From positions 8,928,001 through 8,992,000 of the forward strand of contig NC_086108.1 in assembly GCF_963921235.1 (NCBI RefSeq): a stretch of 64,000 nt of DNA, written 5' to 3'. Position 1 is the first letter of the stretch. Each line of letters begins with the position of its first letter. Shown piece after piece: positions 49,733 to 61,454 of this stretch. Both the position numbers and the translations under genes were made by a program. A model generated the notes under the pieces. That model ran no database searches, was not told the origin of the DNA, and worked only from the letters and a program-made list of their open reading frames with translations. Source of the DNA: Mobula hypostoma (lineage: Eukaryota).

Positions 49733-50145
49733 CCTCACAAGCCTTGCTCTTTTCACCAGATCATTCAGCTTCCTTAGGGCCGCGTTCCTGGGCAGGTTCT
49801 GGAGATCCTGGAAGAGGTCTTGTTCCTCCAGCTCGAAGAGCTTCCGGTTGTCGGAAATGAGGAGCGGCTCGGACCAGAAGGAGCCGATGTAGACCCGGAG
49901 GACCTCAGGGGTGTTGATGACCTTGCCGAGGGACCACATGAGGGCCCCGTAGACCCTCATCAGCTGCTGGGTGTCCACTTGGTCGGCCTTGTTCAGCACC
50001 ACGCGGATCTTGTCCTCGTTGCCCTTCAGAGCTCGGATTGCCTCCGAGAACTCATCCGAGATCTCCAGCTTGTGGGCGTCGAAGAGCAGAATGATGCGGT
50101 CCACTCGCTCAGCGAACCACTGCAGAACCGCCGGGTAATCGTAAC
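49733..50145 (-). CDS. EHD2: EHD2 coding exon (mammalian exon 4 equivalent): G-domain C-terminal part into the helical domain
   Basis: Translates as (G)[90 protein letters not shown]...[13 protein letters not shown] and contains the EHD NKAD motif. Acceptor is tccag|GT and donor is AGG|gtaagt. The 413-nt length matches the size I recall for this exon in vertebrate EHD genes. Confidence 0.96.
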
Positions 50146-51239
50146 CTGGAACGCAAGGAGGAATGTTTCAGAGGGAGCCGTGCACAGAGCGGTGTCTGAC
50201 CTGGAGTTCAGAGTCCGAGCAAACCTCGAGAGCTCCCAGAACCCGACACGTCGGGTGGATGTTCTGGGATGCAGGTTGGATAGGAAAGGCTTCCTGGAGT
50301 AGGTCTTAGCCCAAGACGTTGACTGTTTATTCCCCTCCATAGATGCTGCCTGACCTGCTGAGTTCCTCCACCAATTTTTGTGTGTTGCTAAGGTTTAGAA
50401 AATTAGGAACCACATGCTTTATTGAAAGTGGCAGTTTTGATAAGTTCTTGATTAGTCAGGGTTACGGGGGGAATGTAGGAGAACGGGGCTGAGAGGGATA
50501 ACAAATCAGTCATGATGGAATGGCAGAGCACACTCAATGGGCTGAATGGCCTGATTCGGCTTCTATGTCTTATTTATATTTGCATTTGCACAGTTTGTTG
50601 TCTTCTGCACTCTGGTTGATCTTTCACTGATCCTGTTACAGTTGCTATTCTATAGATTTACTGAGTATGCCCACAGGAAAATGAATCTCGGTTGTATATG
50701 GTGACATATATGTACTCTGATAATAAAATCTACTTTGAACTGTAAACTGTTTGTGATCTTATGTTATTGGCCAGCACGGTAATGTTATTCGGAAATGGTG
50801 CACAGAAGATTCTGAAGAGTCCAGAGTCACACACGCAAAATGCTGGAGGAACTCAACAGGCCAGGCAGCACCCATGGAGAGGAATAAACAGTTTTTGATT
50901 TGAGATGAGACCCAACATCGTTCTCCACCCTATAGCCCTGTTTGTGTGTGTTGCTCTGGATTTCCAGCATCCGTAGAACCTCTTGTGTCTCATTTCCCAA
51001 CAACCTGTCCAGCATCCTAATCTGCACACATTCCATTCACCACCACCCACCCACCGCTCCCCCAAGATTCAACCCTTCACCTACCCACCAGGGACATTCT
51101 ACAGTAGCCAACCCACAAGTCTCTGAGATGTGGGAAGAAAACTGGATCACCTGGGGTGGTGGGGGGGGGAGGGAAACCAATGTGATCACAGGCAGAACAT
51201 GCAAACTCCACACAGACAGCATTGAGGTCAGGATTCGTG

Positions 51240-51665
51240 AGGCAGCATCAAGCAGACCAGGTTATTGGAAATTACTCAGAAGATGGGATTGGACGTCAAT
51301 TTGGAAACTCAGTGAAAGCCATGGTGCAAGTGAACACACAACATGCAAGAGAATTTCTAGCAGCGTGGGTTTTCCGTAAACAATTCTGTAAACGGACACG
51401 TTGACCTCAATCCCGTTTATGAGCCAATGCGGGCAAAATTCCAGATCACAACAGAAGAAATTTGCCACACAGCCATGAGATTTCCTCCCCAGATCACGAC
51501 TGAGTTTCTGACATGATGTCCAATCAGCTGATTGATACGTATATAGAGGCCAAGCATTCGGAGAGCACCCCACAATCAACAGTGCGCTGACGATGTCTTC
51601 CCACATGGTGATGAACCATTTGCAAGTAAATTGCCCAGATCGGAGAACAACTCAACTCAGACTAG
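51240..51665 (+). mobile_element. Penelope-like 3' remnant with a degenerate hammerhead
   Basis: Encodes NTQHAREFLAAW...NSVNGHVDLNPVYEPMR. Followed by ctgacgatgtcttcccacatggtgatgaaccatttgc at 51587-51623. Confidence 0.65.
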
Positions 51666-52188
51666 GTTATAACCCAGTTATGTTGAGGTCAGGGGTCAAT
51701 ACTGAGCTGCTCTGCAGGAGCACTACCGGCCCGTGACAGCTGTGAAGTGTGTTGACGGAGAATGCAAAGGGCGCTATGGAAACACGGTTCCTTCCATTCC
51801 TTCCTCAGCTACATCCTGGTCTGGAGACCGTCCAGGAGGCCGCCCGCAGACCTCCAGCGTGCAGAATTTGAGTCCCAGGCAGCCGCACTCAGCTGTGTCC
51901 AGTAACCTCTCCCTCTTCGCTCAAAGTTCAAACCGATTTTATTATCAGAAAACAGATATACAACATACAACCCGCAGATCCCTTTTCTTGCAGACATTTA
52001 CAGGAGAGTAAAGAAATACAATAGAATTTATGAAAATATGTAAATAACAAAGACTAACAAACAACCAGTGTGAAAAATTAGACAAATAGTGAAATATATT
52101 TTAAAATATTAAATAAATAAATAATATTGAGAACATGAGTTGTAGAATCCTTGGAAGTGAGTCTGCAGGATGTGTAATCAATTTGGAG

Positions 52189-52560
52189 TTGTGGTGAGTG
52201 AAGTTATCCACACTGGTCCAGGAGCCTGATGGTTGTGGGGTAATAACTGTTCCTGAACCTGGTGGTGTGGGACCTGAGGCTCATTGTGGTGAGTGAAGTT
52301 ATCCACACTGGTCCAGGAGCCTGATGGTTGTGGGGTAATAACTGTTCCTGAACCTGGTGGTGTGGGACCTGAGGCTCATTGTGGTGAGTGAAGTTATCCA
52401 CACTGGTTCAGGAGCCTGATGGTTGTGGGGTAATAACTGTTCCTGAACCTGGTGGTGTGGGACCTGAAGCTCATTGTGGTGAGTGAAGTTATCCACACTG
52501 GTTCAGGAGCCTGATGGTTGTGGGGTGATAACTGTTCCTGAACCTGGTGGTGTGGGACCT
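52189..52560 (-). repeat. 95-bp tandem repeat x~4 inside a Rex1/Babar 3' end, inverted relative to 23744-24022
   Basis: Reverse complement of the same unit with the same unit junction. The ORF-track peptides at 23814 (+) and 52204/52299 (-) are almost identical. Confidence 0.92.
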
Positions 52561-53229
52561 CCTACCCAACAGAAGCACCAAGAAGAGAGCATAGCCTGGG
52601 ATGTGGGGGTCTCTGATGAGGTATGCTGCTTTCTTCTGTCAGTGCTCCGCACAGATGTGCTCAATGGTGGAGGGGGCTTTGCCTGTGTTGGACTGGGCCG
52701 TATCTACCAGTGTCTGTAGCCTGTTCTGTTCCTGGCCATTGGTGTTTCCATACCAGTCCATGACACAACCATTCAGGATACTCTCCACTGTGCATCTATA
52801 GAACTTCCTCAAAGTCCCTTGGCAAGGAGTCAAACACACAGCAGCAGAATGTTCCTTAAAAGGCAGTTGTGAGCTTTGAACAGAAGTGCTGAATGAGTGG
52901 CTGGGGGGCTCAGCTTGATGGACGAGGCCATTAACCGTCAGGTGCCCAGCACAGTGCCAGGGACTTACTTGTCCCCTTCAACCTCCATGCATCAGCTGGG
53001 CCAGGACACGGGCAGGAGCTGGATCTAAGTAGCGACCTGGGGAAGTGATGGGCAGTGGCTCAACATCAAAACTACCGGAATGTTCTGCCTTGCGATGAGC
53101 TTTGGTGCCACAGCACAACAAGCTCCTGTGTTTGTATAGCATCTTGAATGAAGTAATCAGTCCAGGGCCACTTCAAAGCAACAGGCAGGAACTGAGCCTA
53201 CAGCACCCAAGGAGGTATGGACGTCAGAA

Positions 53230-54345
53230 GACATTGGAGCAGAATTAGGTCATTTGTCCACGCCATTCCATCCTGGCTGATTATCATTCCTCTCAACACC
53301 ATTCTCCTGCCTTCTCCCCGTAACTTTTGATGTCCTGACTAATCAAGAATCCATCAACATCCGCTTTAAATATACCCAATGACTTGGCCACTACAGTCAT
53401 CTGTGGCAAAGAATTCCACAGATTCGCCACTCTCTCTTTTCTAAAGGGGCGCCTCTGGAGAGGGTTAGCAACTTTAAATTCCTAAGTGTTATTATTTCGG
53501 TGGACTGTCCTGGGCCCAGCACGTAAGCACAATTACAAGGAAAGCACGGCAGCACTTCGACCTCCTTAGAGATTCGGTGTGGCATTTAAAACTCTGTAGA
53601 TGCACAGTGGAGAGTATACTGGCTGACTGCACCACGGCCTGGTATGGAAACACCAATGCCCTTGAACGGAAAATCCTACAAAAGGTAACAGATACGACGC
53701 AGGCCATCACGGGTAAAGCCCTCCCAACCATTGAGCACATCTACATGAAACCCTGTCGTAGGAAAGCAGCATCCATTATCAGAGATCCCCAACACCCAGG
53801 TCATACCCTCTCTCGCTGCTGCCATCAGGAAGAAGGTACAGGAGCCTCAGGACCCTCACCATTAGGTTCAGGAACAGCTATTACCCCTCAGCTATCAGGC
53901 TCCTGAACCAGAGGAGACAACTTCACTCGGCCCATCCCTGAACTGTTCCCACAACCAATGGGCTCACTGCCAGGGAGTCCTCATCTCATGTTCTTGATAT
54001 ATATTGCTTGTTTATTTGCTATTACTTTCTTTTTGTATTTGCACAGTTTGTTGTCTTTTGCACTCTAGTTGATCGCCCTAGTTAGGCCGTCTTTCACTGA
54101 TCCTTGTTATGGTTATTTTACTGTAGGCTTGCTGCCCGCAGGAAAATGTATCTCGAGATCGTAAGTGGTGACATACATGTTCTTTGATAATAAAATTTAC
54201 TTTGAACTCTTCTCTGAGGCTATGCCCTCTGGTCCAGACCACCGTCCCCCACTATAGGAAACACCCACTCTGTTGAGGCCTTTCAATGAGATCCCCCCTC
54301 ATTCTTCTAAACTCCAGTGAGTACAGGACGAAAGCCATCAAACAC
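53230..54345. mobile_element. CR1 3' fragment (-) split by a Rex1/Babar fragment (+, ~53460-54210)
   Basis: The Rex part encodes RCTVESILADCTTAWYGNTNALERKILQKV. CR1 sequence lies on both sides. Confidence 0.75.
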
Positions 54346-54509
54346 TCATTGTATGTTCTGATATACAGCACTACGCAAAAGTCTTAGGCACATTACACAA
54401 AGAGAGGGGGAGAGGAGAGAGAGAATTCCCTGAATGTTAATTTGCAGGCTGAGTTTGTGGTGAGGAGGGCAATCGGAATGTTTACAGTCATTTCCAGAGG
54501 ACGAGACTA

Positions 54510-55110
54510 TAAAAGCAACGGCGTAATGTTGAGACTTTATGAAGCCCTGGTTTGGCCTCACTGAGAGTATTGGATCCTCCCTCTCTCCCTGCATCTCAGA
54601 AAGGATGTGCTGACATGGACAGGGTTCAAAGGAGGCTCATAAAAATGATTCCAGGACTGAACAGCTTGTCATACGAAGGGCGTTTGATGGCTCTGGGCCT
54701 AGATTCACTAGAATTCGGCAGAATGAGGGGTGACCTCATTAAAACTTATCGAATGTTGAAAGGCCTTGATAGAGTGGATATGGAGAAGCTAGTTTCTATG
54801 GTGGGGGAGCCTAAGACCAGAGAACACATGCTCAAAATAGAGGGGTGACCTTTTAGAATGGAAATGAGGAGGAATTTCTTTAGCCAGAGAATGGTGAATC
54901 TGCAGAGTTTGTTCCCACAGGTGGCTGTGGAGGCCAAGTCTTTATGTATATTTATGGCAGAGGTTGACAGAATCATGATTGGTCAGGAAATGAAGGGATT
55001 TGGGGCGAAGGCAGGAGATTGGGCTGAGAGAGAAATGGATCAGCCATGATGAAATGCCAGAGCAGACTCTATGGGCCGAATGGCCTAATGCTGCTCCCAT
55101 ATTTTATGGT
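54510..55110 (+). mobile_element. CR1 LINE 3' fragment
   Basis: Encodes RVQRRLIKMIPG...RGDLIKTYRMLKG...RRNFFSQRMVNL. Confidence 0.82.
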
Positions 55111-56059
55111 TTTATAAGAGCTGAAGCTCAAAGCAGGATTACAAAATGAAACCGATGAAGCAATCACCTCTCTCTCTGCAGACTGCACCAACAATACCAG
55201 TTAAGCTGAATTCAGGAGAGCTCCCTTTGAACAGAGTGTGAGAAGAAACATCTGCTCAGAAAGCAGGGGGAGTTCAGGGTCGGGGATGGCGACAAACACA
55301 CGCACCGTCACCTCAGCTCCCGTGGACCCAGTAACCGCCTTCCACCTCAGCCACAGACGCGTTGAAGCCTTGTTCTCTCTCAGTGTAAGTTCCAACACCC
55401 TCTCTGCCATTCAGGTGGTAGAGATGGGGTTGCTGCATTTTGTGATCAAACTCCGAGACACTGGGCATCAGCCGACATCTGAGAGGAGTGCGCTGCACAA
55501 GTGGGACATCGGGAGACATCACCCCTGAACACTGGACGGTGAATGAGAGGGTTACAGGCAGTGGGGCTGTAGCAACACAAACATAAACACCAGATTAGAA
55601 CCGCTTTATCGATTTTCCGAAGGTTTGTCCGGTGTTTATCTTGTGACAGGAAGCACTTAACAAAGGCAGTCTGTAACTGTTTGCTCCAAGTTCAAGGCAG
55701 CTCCAGATTTCTGCCCACATCTTCAAAGCCCCATAGTCTGGTGAAAGCACATTCCAATGCACCAGACAGGGGGGGTGAACTGGGATTCGTTACTGTCCCC
55801 TTGTCTGAAGCTGGGTGGGGTTTCTCCCTGTTCAGCTGAGAGCTGCCTTCCCTGTAACTGTAACAGTGCTCTCTGCTTTCTTCCTGACTGTACATATTTA
55901 TCCATTGATGTGTCTGGATGGCACGAAACCAAAGATTTTTACTGTATATCAGTGCACGTGATCAATACCTCCATCACAAAAAGGTGCTGTAGAAGTGTTG
56001 ATAATGTGCTAAGTTGTTCTGTATTTCATTTAAGTACATAATTTGTTACTCAGTTAGTG

Positions 56060-56590
56060 TCAGAGAAGTACAGCAAACAGACCCTTTGGCCCATCTAGTC
56101 TGTGCCGAACCATTGAAACTGTCTATTCCCATCCACCTGTACCGGGACCCTACTCCTCCATACCCCTACTATCCATGTGCCTATCCAAACATCTGTTAAA
56201 TGTTGAAATCGAGCTCGCATGCACCACTTGCGCTGGCAGCTCGTTCTACACTCTCACAACCCTCTGAGTGAAGAAGTTTTCCCTCATATTCCCCTTAAAC
56301 TTTTCACCTTTCACCCTTAACCTATGACCCCTGGTTGCAGTCCCATCCAACCTCAGTGGAAAAAGCCTGCTTGCATTTATCCTGTCTATACCCCTCATAA
56401 TTTTGTATACCCCTATCAAATCTCCTCTCAATCTTCTACGTTCTAGGGAATAAGGTTCTAACCTATTCCATCTTTCCTTATAGCTCAGGTCCTGCAGACC
56501 CGGCAACATCCTTGTAAATTTTCTCTGTACTCTTTCAACCTTTTACATCTTTCCTGTAGGTAGGTGACCAAAACTGCACACAATACTCCA
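56060..56590 (-). mobile_element. CR1 LINE 3' fragment
   Basis: Encodes MLPGLQDLSYKER...RGDLIGVYKIMRG...TRGHRLRV...FFTQRVV. Confidence 0.85.
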
Positions 56591-57924
56591 ACACAGGCAA
56601 AATGCTGGAGGAACTCAGCAGGCCAGACAGCATGGAAAAGAGTAAACGGTTGATGTTTTGGGACAAGACCCTTCATGAGGACTCATATACCACAGCAGAT
56701 TCGCAGGCAGAGTGTTGCCTCACCTGGAAGGACTGTCTGGGGCCCTGTCCAGTTAACCTGCTCCTGGGGCTGGCTAAGATAGCTATCCATAGGTCCTGGA
56801 GACAGGCAGTGGAGGGCTCTGACCGGGCTGACTGCCTGCAATGTTCAAGGGGTAGGTCTGTGTCCAAGTAGCTGTGGCAAAGATATATGTGGCATCCATG
56901 AGTTACATAGAGGAGTTTCAAAACTGGTGGGCACTGCAGAGGATAAATGCCATCCTCAATGAGGACAGGAATGTGTTAGATTAGTCTGTGTTGGTTTTTG
57001 CTTATAATGCGATTGTCTAATGGTATTGTACTGGTTTGAATTTATAATAAATGTATTTTTTTGTAAATAAAAAGATGCTACTGGAAAAGGATTTATTGCA
57101 CCCAGTTCAAAGATTAATTTTAATATCAGGGAATGTATACAGCATACAACCTGAAATTCGTACTCTTCACAGACACCCACAAAAACAGGGGAACTCCACA
57201 GAATGATAGGACCATCGGAACCCCAAAGCCCCCCTCCCCATCCTGTCACATAAGCTGCAGCAAATTCATCAACCCTCCTCTCCCCACACCCCCCACCTCA
57301 GCCAGCAGAAGCATTGACCACCCCTTCCTCCCAGCCCCACCGTACAAGCAACAGCATCGGCCCCTAAGAGACCTTGTTCTACAGTTCACAATCCAGCAGT
57401 TTGGTATCTCAGACAGACTCTCGCTCTCCAGTGCGGGACAGGGAGGTCACTCCTGCAGCAACGGGAGCGGGAGATGTGCAAGTCACTGTTCCAATGTTAC
57501 AACCTTCTGCGTCACTTCTCCAAGCCCCGTCTCCAGGAGTGACAGGCTCTCACGCTCCATCGAAAGACCGCCTGCTGTCTTGATGTTTCAGTCTCCCATT
57601 TATGCTTCAGTCGTAGAAATCGGGCGTCCGCGAGGCCACTCCGTGACTGAGGGCGCAGGTCTCCCAAGGCGAGGAGGAGATGGGTGCAGGCCCCAAACTC
57701 CTACCTCACAGATGACAGGTCTCCCAACTGCTACAAGATTGCCACTGTTTTCAGCCACAGCTGGACTGCAGTGCTGTGTGTTGGACATACCACTGCACTC
57801 CGCCACCAGCAGGAAGAAAGGCAAGGTGAACAGAGGGCAGCTTTTTCCAAAGAGAGCAACACTGGGGTGAAAATGCCCCCTCGAGGGTGGGCAGGCCAGG
57901 GCCTCTTCCAGCACTGTGCTTTTG

Positions 57925-58490
57925 ATATCCGTCACAAAGAGCGGGATCTCCCGGGAGCCACGCATTTCAACCTACATCGCATTCCCATCCCCACACGTCA
58001 GTCCATGGTGTCTGCTACCGTCAAGATGAGGCCGCACTCAGGTTGGAAGAGCAACATCTTATATTCCGTCTGGGTAGTCTCCAACCTGATGGCATGAACA
58101 TCGATTTCTCTAACTTCCAGTAAGCTCCCTCCTCTCCTTCACCATTCCCCATTCATTTCCCTCTCTCATCTTACCTCCTTACCCGACCATCACCTCCCTC
58201 TGCTGCTCCTCCCCCTTCCCTTTCTTCCATGGTCTTCTGCCCTCTCCTATCAGATTCCCCCTTCTCCAGCCCTGTATCTCTTTCACCAGTCAACTTCCCA
58301 GCTCTTTACTTCACCCCTGCCCCTCCCGGTTTCACCTATCACCTGCCACCTTCCTCTCCTCCCCTCCCTCCACCTTCTTACTCTGACTTCTCAGGCTTGA
58401 AGAAGGGTCTCGGCCTGAAACATCGACTGTACTCTTTCCCACAGACGCTGCCTGGCCTGCTGAGTTCCTCCAGCGTTGTGCGTGCAACTC
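57925..58490 (+). mobile_element. Penelope-like 3' end: GIY-YIG C-terminus, pyrimidine-rich UTR, degenerate hammerhead
   Basis: 58025-58123 encodes [32 protein letters not shown]. The sequence ttgaagaagggtctcggcctgaaacatcgactgtac at 58397-58432 is homologous to the ribozyme motif at 34746. Confidence 0.75.
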
Positions 58491-60879
58491 TAGAGCAGAG
58501 TGCTGAGATTCAGAATGACAGTCCTTTGCTCTCTTGGCGTCCGGGCATCAGGCTGGGAGTGTCACTGGTGAATCAGAAGGGTTTGTGTGACCGTGCTTTG
58601 CCCTCGACTCGTCTGCTTTAGGGAGATTTTCAATCCCCTTGCTGGTCTATACTCACATCGTTCTACAGGTGTGCAGTAGAGAGCATCCCGACAAGCTGGT
58701 ATGGACAGAAAGCCTCTACAGCGGGTAGTCAAGACTGCCCAATGCCTCACCAGCACACCCACCATCAAGGAGATTTATACAGAAAGGTGCTGGAACAGGG
58801 CCAGTACCATCATGAGGGATCCCACCCACCCTGCTCAGGGACTGTTTGTCCCACTCCCATCGGGGAGGAGGCTACATAGCATCCAGCATCAGATTGACAC
58901 ACAGTTCCCTTCCCCAAGCAGTAAGGCTGATCAACACCTCCGCTACTAACCCACCCCTCCACACCCCCAACCACCACTACATAATCACTTCCTGCCAGAG
59001 TCACCTTATGTACAGACACTCCTGTGCCCAGCGTCACTTTATGGACGTACAATCAATGTTTATCAACTCTGGAAGAAAATGGGGCCAGAGAATAACGCCA
59101 CCATGGGCTACATTCTCCACAAAACGGTTTCATTTACTTCTGTTACGTATGCCTTTTCTTCCCAATGTGGTCCCGTATTGCTGGAGCCTGCGATCTACAG
59201 TTTGATGGTGCATTTTCGAGCCAATTGAGTGATCTGGCACGTTGCTGTCTCCTTGAAGGTTCTGGGAGGTGAACAGCCTCAAGACCAAGAAGCCGAGAGA
59301 TTGCAAACAGAGGCGAGTGAAATATTCAGCGCCATCTTCCAGCCTCTCACTTGCCACTGCCGGAGGAAGGCGTCCGCGTGTGACGGACCCTCGCCCTCTC
59401 TGCTCCTGAGGGAAGGTCCCTGCGTTCGAACGGTCACTCTCTCCCTCGATGCTGTCGGAGGATGCTATCCAAGTTCTGGTCTGCGGTCTGCCGATTAGAC
59501 TGTCGTTCTTGAGTCGCTCCGTTTTTCTTTTGGGTGACTTTGAATCGGGGCAGCCTACAGATAATGAACACTGAGCTGAGCTGAATACCGACTCCTTTGA
59601 TTGTGTGCTTTATTTTCTGTATTTTTGCTTGTTCTGTTTTGTTGCCATTTGCGCGATTTGTTTTTTTGCGCACAAGGGGTTGTCAATGCTGTTCCTTAAA
59701 CGGGTTCCAGGGCGTTTCTTTGTTTCGTGGCTGTCTGTGAAGAAGATGAGTCTCAGGGTTGTATACTGCAGACATATTTTCATAATAAATGCACTTTGAA
59801 TCTTTGAAGCTATCTTATATATTTATACTTACTGTGTATTTTTTTTACTTATTGTGTTTTTTTATGCAGCATCGGATCCGGATTAACAATGATTATTTCC
59901 TCCTTTACACTGTGTACTGGAAATGACATTAAATAATCTTGAATGTTGGTATTAGGTTCTTCATTAGAAGTATCACATGAAAAGACATGTATTCAGATAC
60001 AAACACAAAATAACCCCAGGCAGATTCCCTCGCTGTTTACCAGATTTCTAATGTTCGGTTGTGAAACTCGTCAGTCTGAGGAATGAAGGAATTAGAAGAA
60101 CAACGGAGGCCAGTCTTCTCCAAAATTCAGCACGAGAGATCTATTGGAAACTTCCAAAAGGATCCTACAGGCTGGGTGCAAGGGAATTTCTACTTATGTA
60201 CCGTGAAGGGCATTTTAACTGGCTGCATCATGTCTGGTATGGGGGGGGGGGGTGGGGAGCAACTGCACAGGATTGAAATAAGCTGCAGAGAGTTGTAAAC
60301 TCAGTCAGCGCCACCGTGGGCACTGGCCTCCGTAGGCTCCAGGACATCTTCGAGTTGAATCAGGACATCAACCAGTTTAGAGGCATTAGCAGTTATGATG
60401 ATAGGGCAAGGAAGGTCAGTCACGGTGACAGGCAGAGCAAGATAGGCTGAATGGCCTCCTGTTCCCTTATTTTTATGGAAAGAGTTACTGATTGCATCGA
60501 TAATAATCCAAGGTGAATGACTGCAATTTAGTTCTGTAATTTTAATGAAATATTTGCGGTTGGCAAAGGATTAAAGCTCGTGATTATTTTTATTAAATTA
60601 ACTCCCTTCCTGAGTCTAAGGCTGTATCACAGCATCAGTTTGCACAAAAAAAAACATTTCTCCAAAAAGATTCCTTTGTGCAGCTCTGCATTTATGGTTA
60701 TCGAACAACAGACCAGGAGCGACCACTCAGCCCATCTCTACCTGCCTATCCACTGCATGCACCACCACACCGTTGCACAGTCGGTGAGTTGGATGCTCCG
60801 TCACACGGACCCCCGCAGCCTGACCTTGGCTCTGAGTCCACGATCTGTGGTTTCTGTGTCTGAGGGGTTAGTATTAGAA

Positions 60880-61450
60880 GCTAAAAAAATTTGGCCTGTC
60901 CCCTAAAACCCTCACTATTTTTTATAGATGCACCGTAGAAAGCATTCTTCTTGGGTGCTTCACAACCTGGTATGGAAGTTGTCCTGTCCAAGACCGGAAG
61001 AAGCTGCAGAAGATCGTGAACACGGCGCAGCACATCACACAAACCAATCTTCCGTCCTTGGACTCACTTTACACCGCACGCTGTCGGAGCAGTGCTGCCA
61101 GGATAACCAAGGACACGACCCACCCAGACAACACACTTTTCGTCCCTCTTCCCTCCAGGAGAAGGCTCAGGAGCTTGAAGACTCGTACGGCCAGATTTGG
61201 GAACAGCTTCTTTCCAACTGTGATAAGACTGCTGAACGGATCCTGACCCAGATCTGGGCCGTACCCTCCAAATATCCGGACCTGCCTCTCGGTTTTTTTT
61301 GCACTACTTTACTTTCCCTTTTCTATTTATGATTTATTATTTAAATTTTTAATATTTACTATCGATTTGTACTCCAGGGAGCACAAAGCGCAGAATCAAA
61401 TATTGCTGTGATGATTGTACGTTCTGGTATCAATTGTTTGGCGACAGTAA
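60880..61450 (+). mobile_element. Rex1/Babar LINE 3' fragment
   Basis: Encodes FYRCTVESILLGCFTTWYG and NTAQHIT...LPSRRRLRSLKTRTARFGNSFFPTVIRLLN. Further fragments lie at ~58620-59060 and ~60130-60350. Confidence 0.78.
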
Positions 61451-61454
61451 AGTC

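Noticed and set aside
49472..50104. ORF-track boundaries for the EHD2 pieces (49472-50104, 17755-18219, 13956-14537)
   Set aside because: They run past the splice sites into intron sequence. Exon limits were reset to the GT-AG boundaries.
57133..57870. 245-aa ORF
   Set aside because: It has no recognisable domain and begins in a dispersed repeat also seen at ~2340, ~9340, ~27020 and ~59720.
58520..58580. Possible EHD2 exon 3 (minus strand reads DTPSLMPGRQESKG, loosely like DTPGILSGAKQRVSRG)
   Set aside because: Identity is too low for this highly conserved exon, the upstream residues do not match, and I see no suitable splice sites. Exon 3 is probably outside the window.
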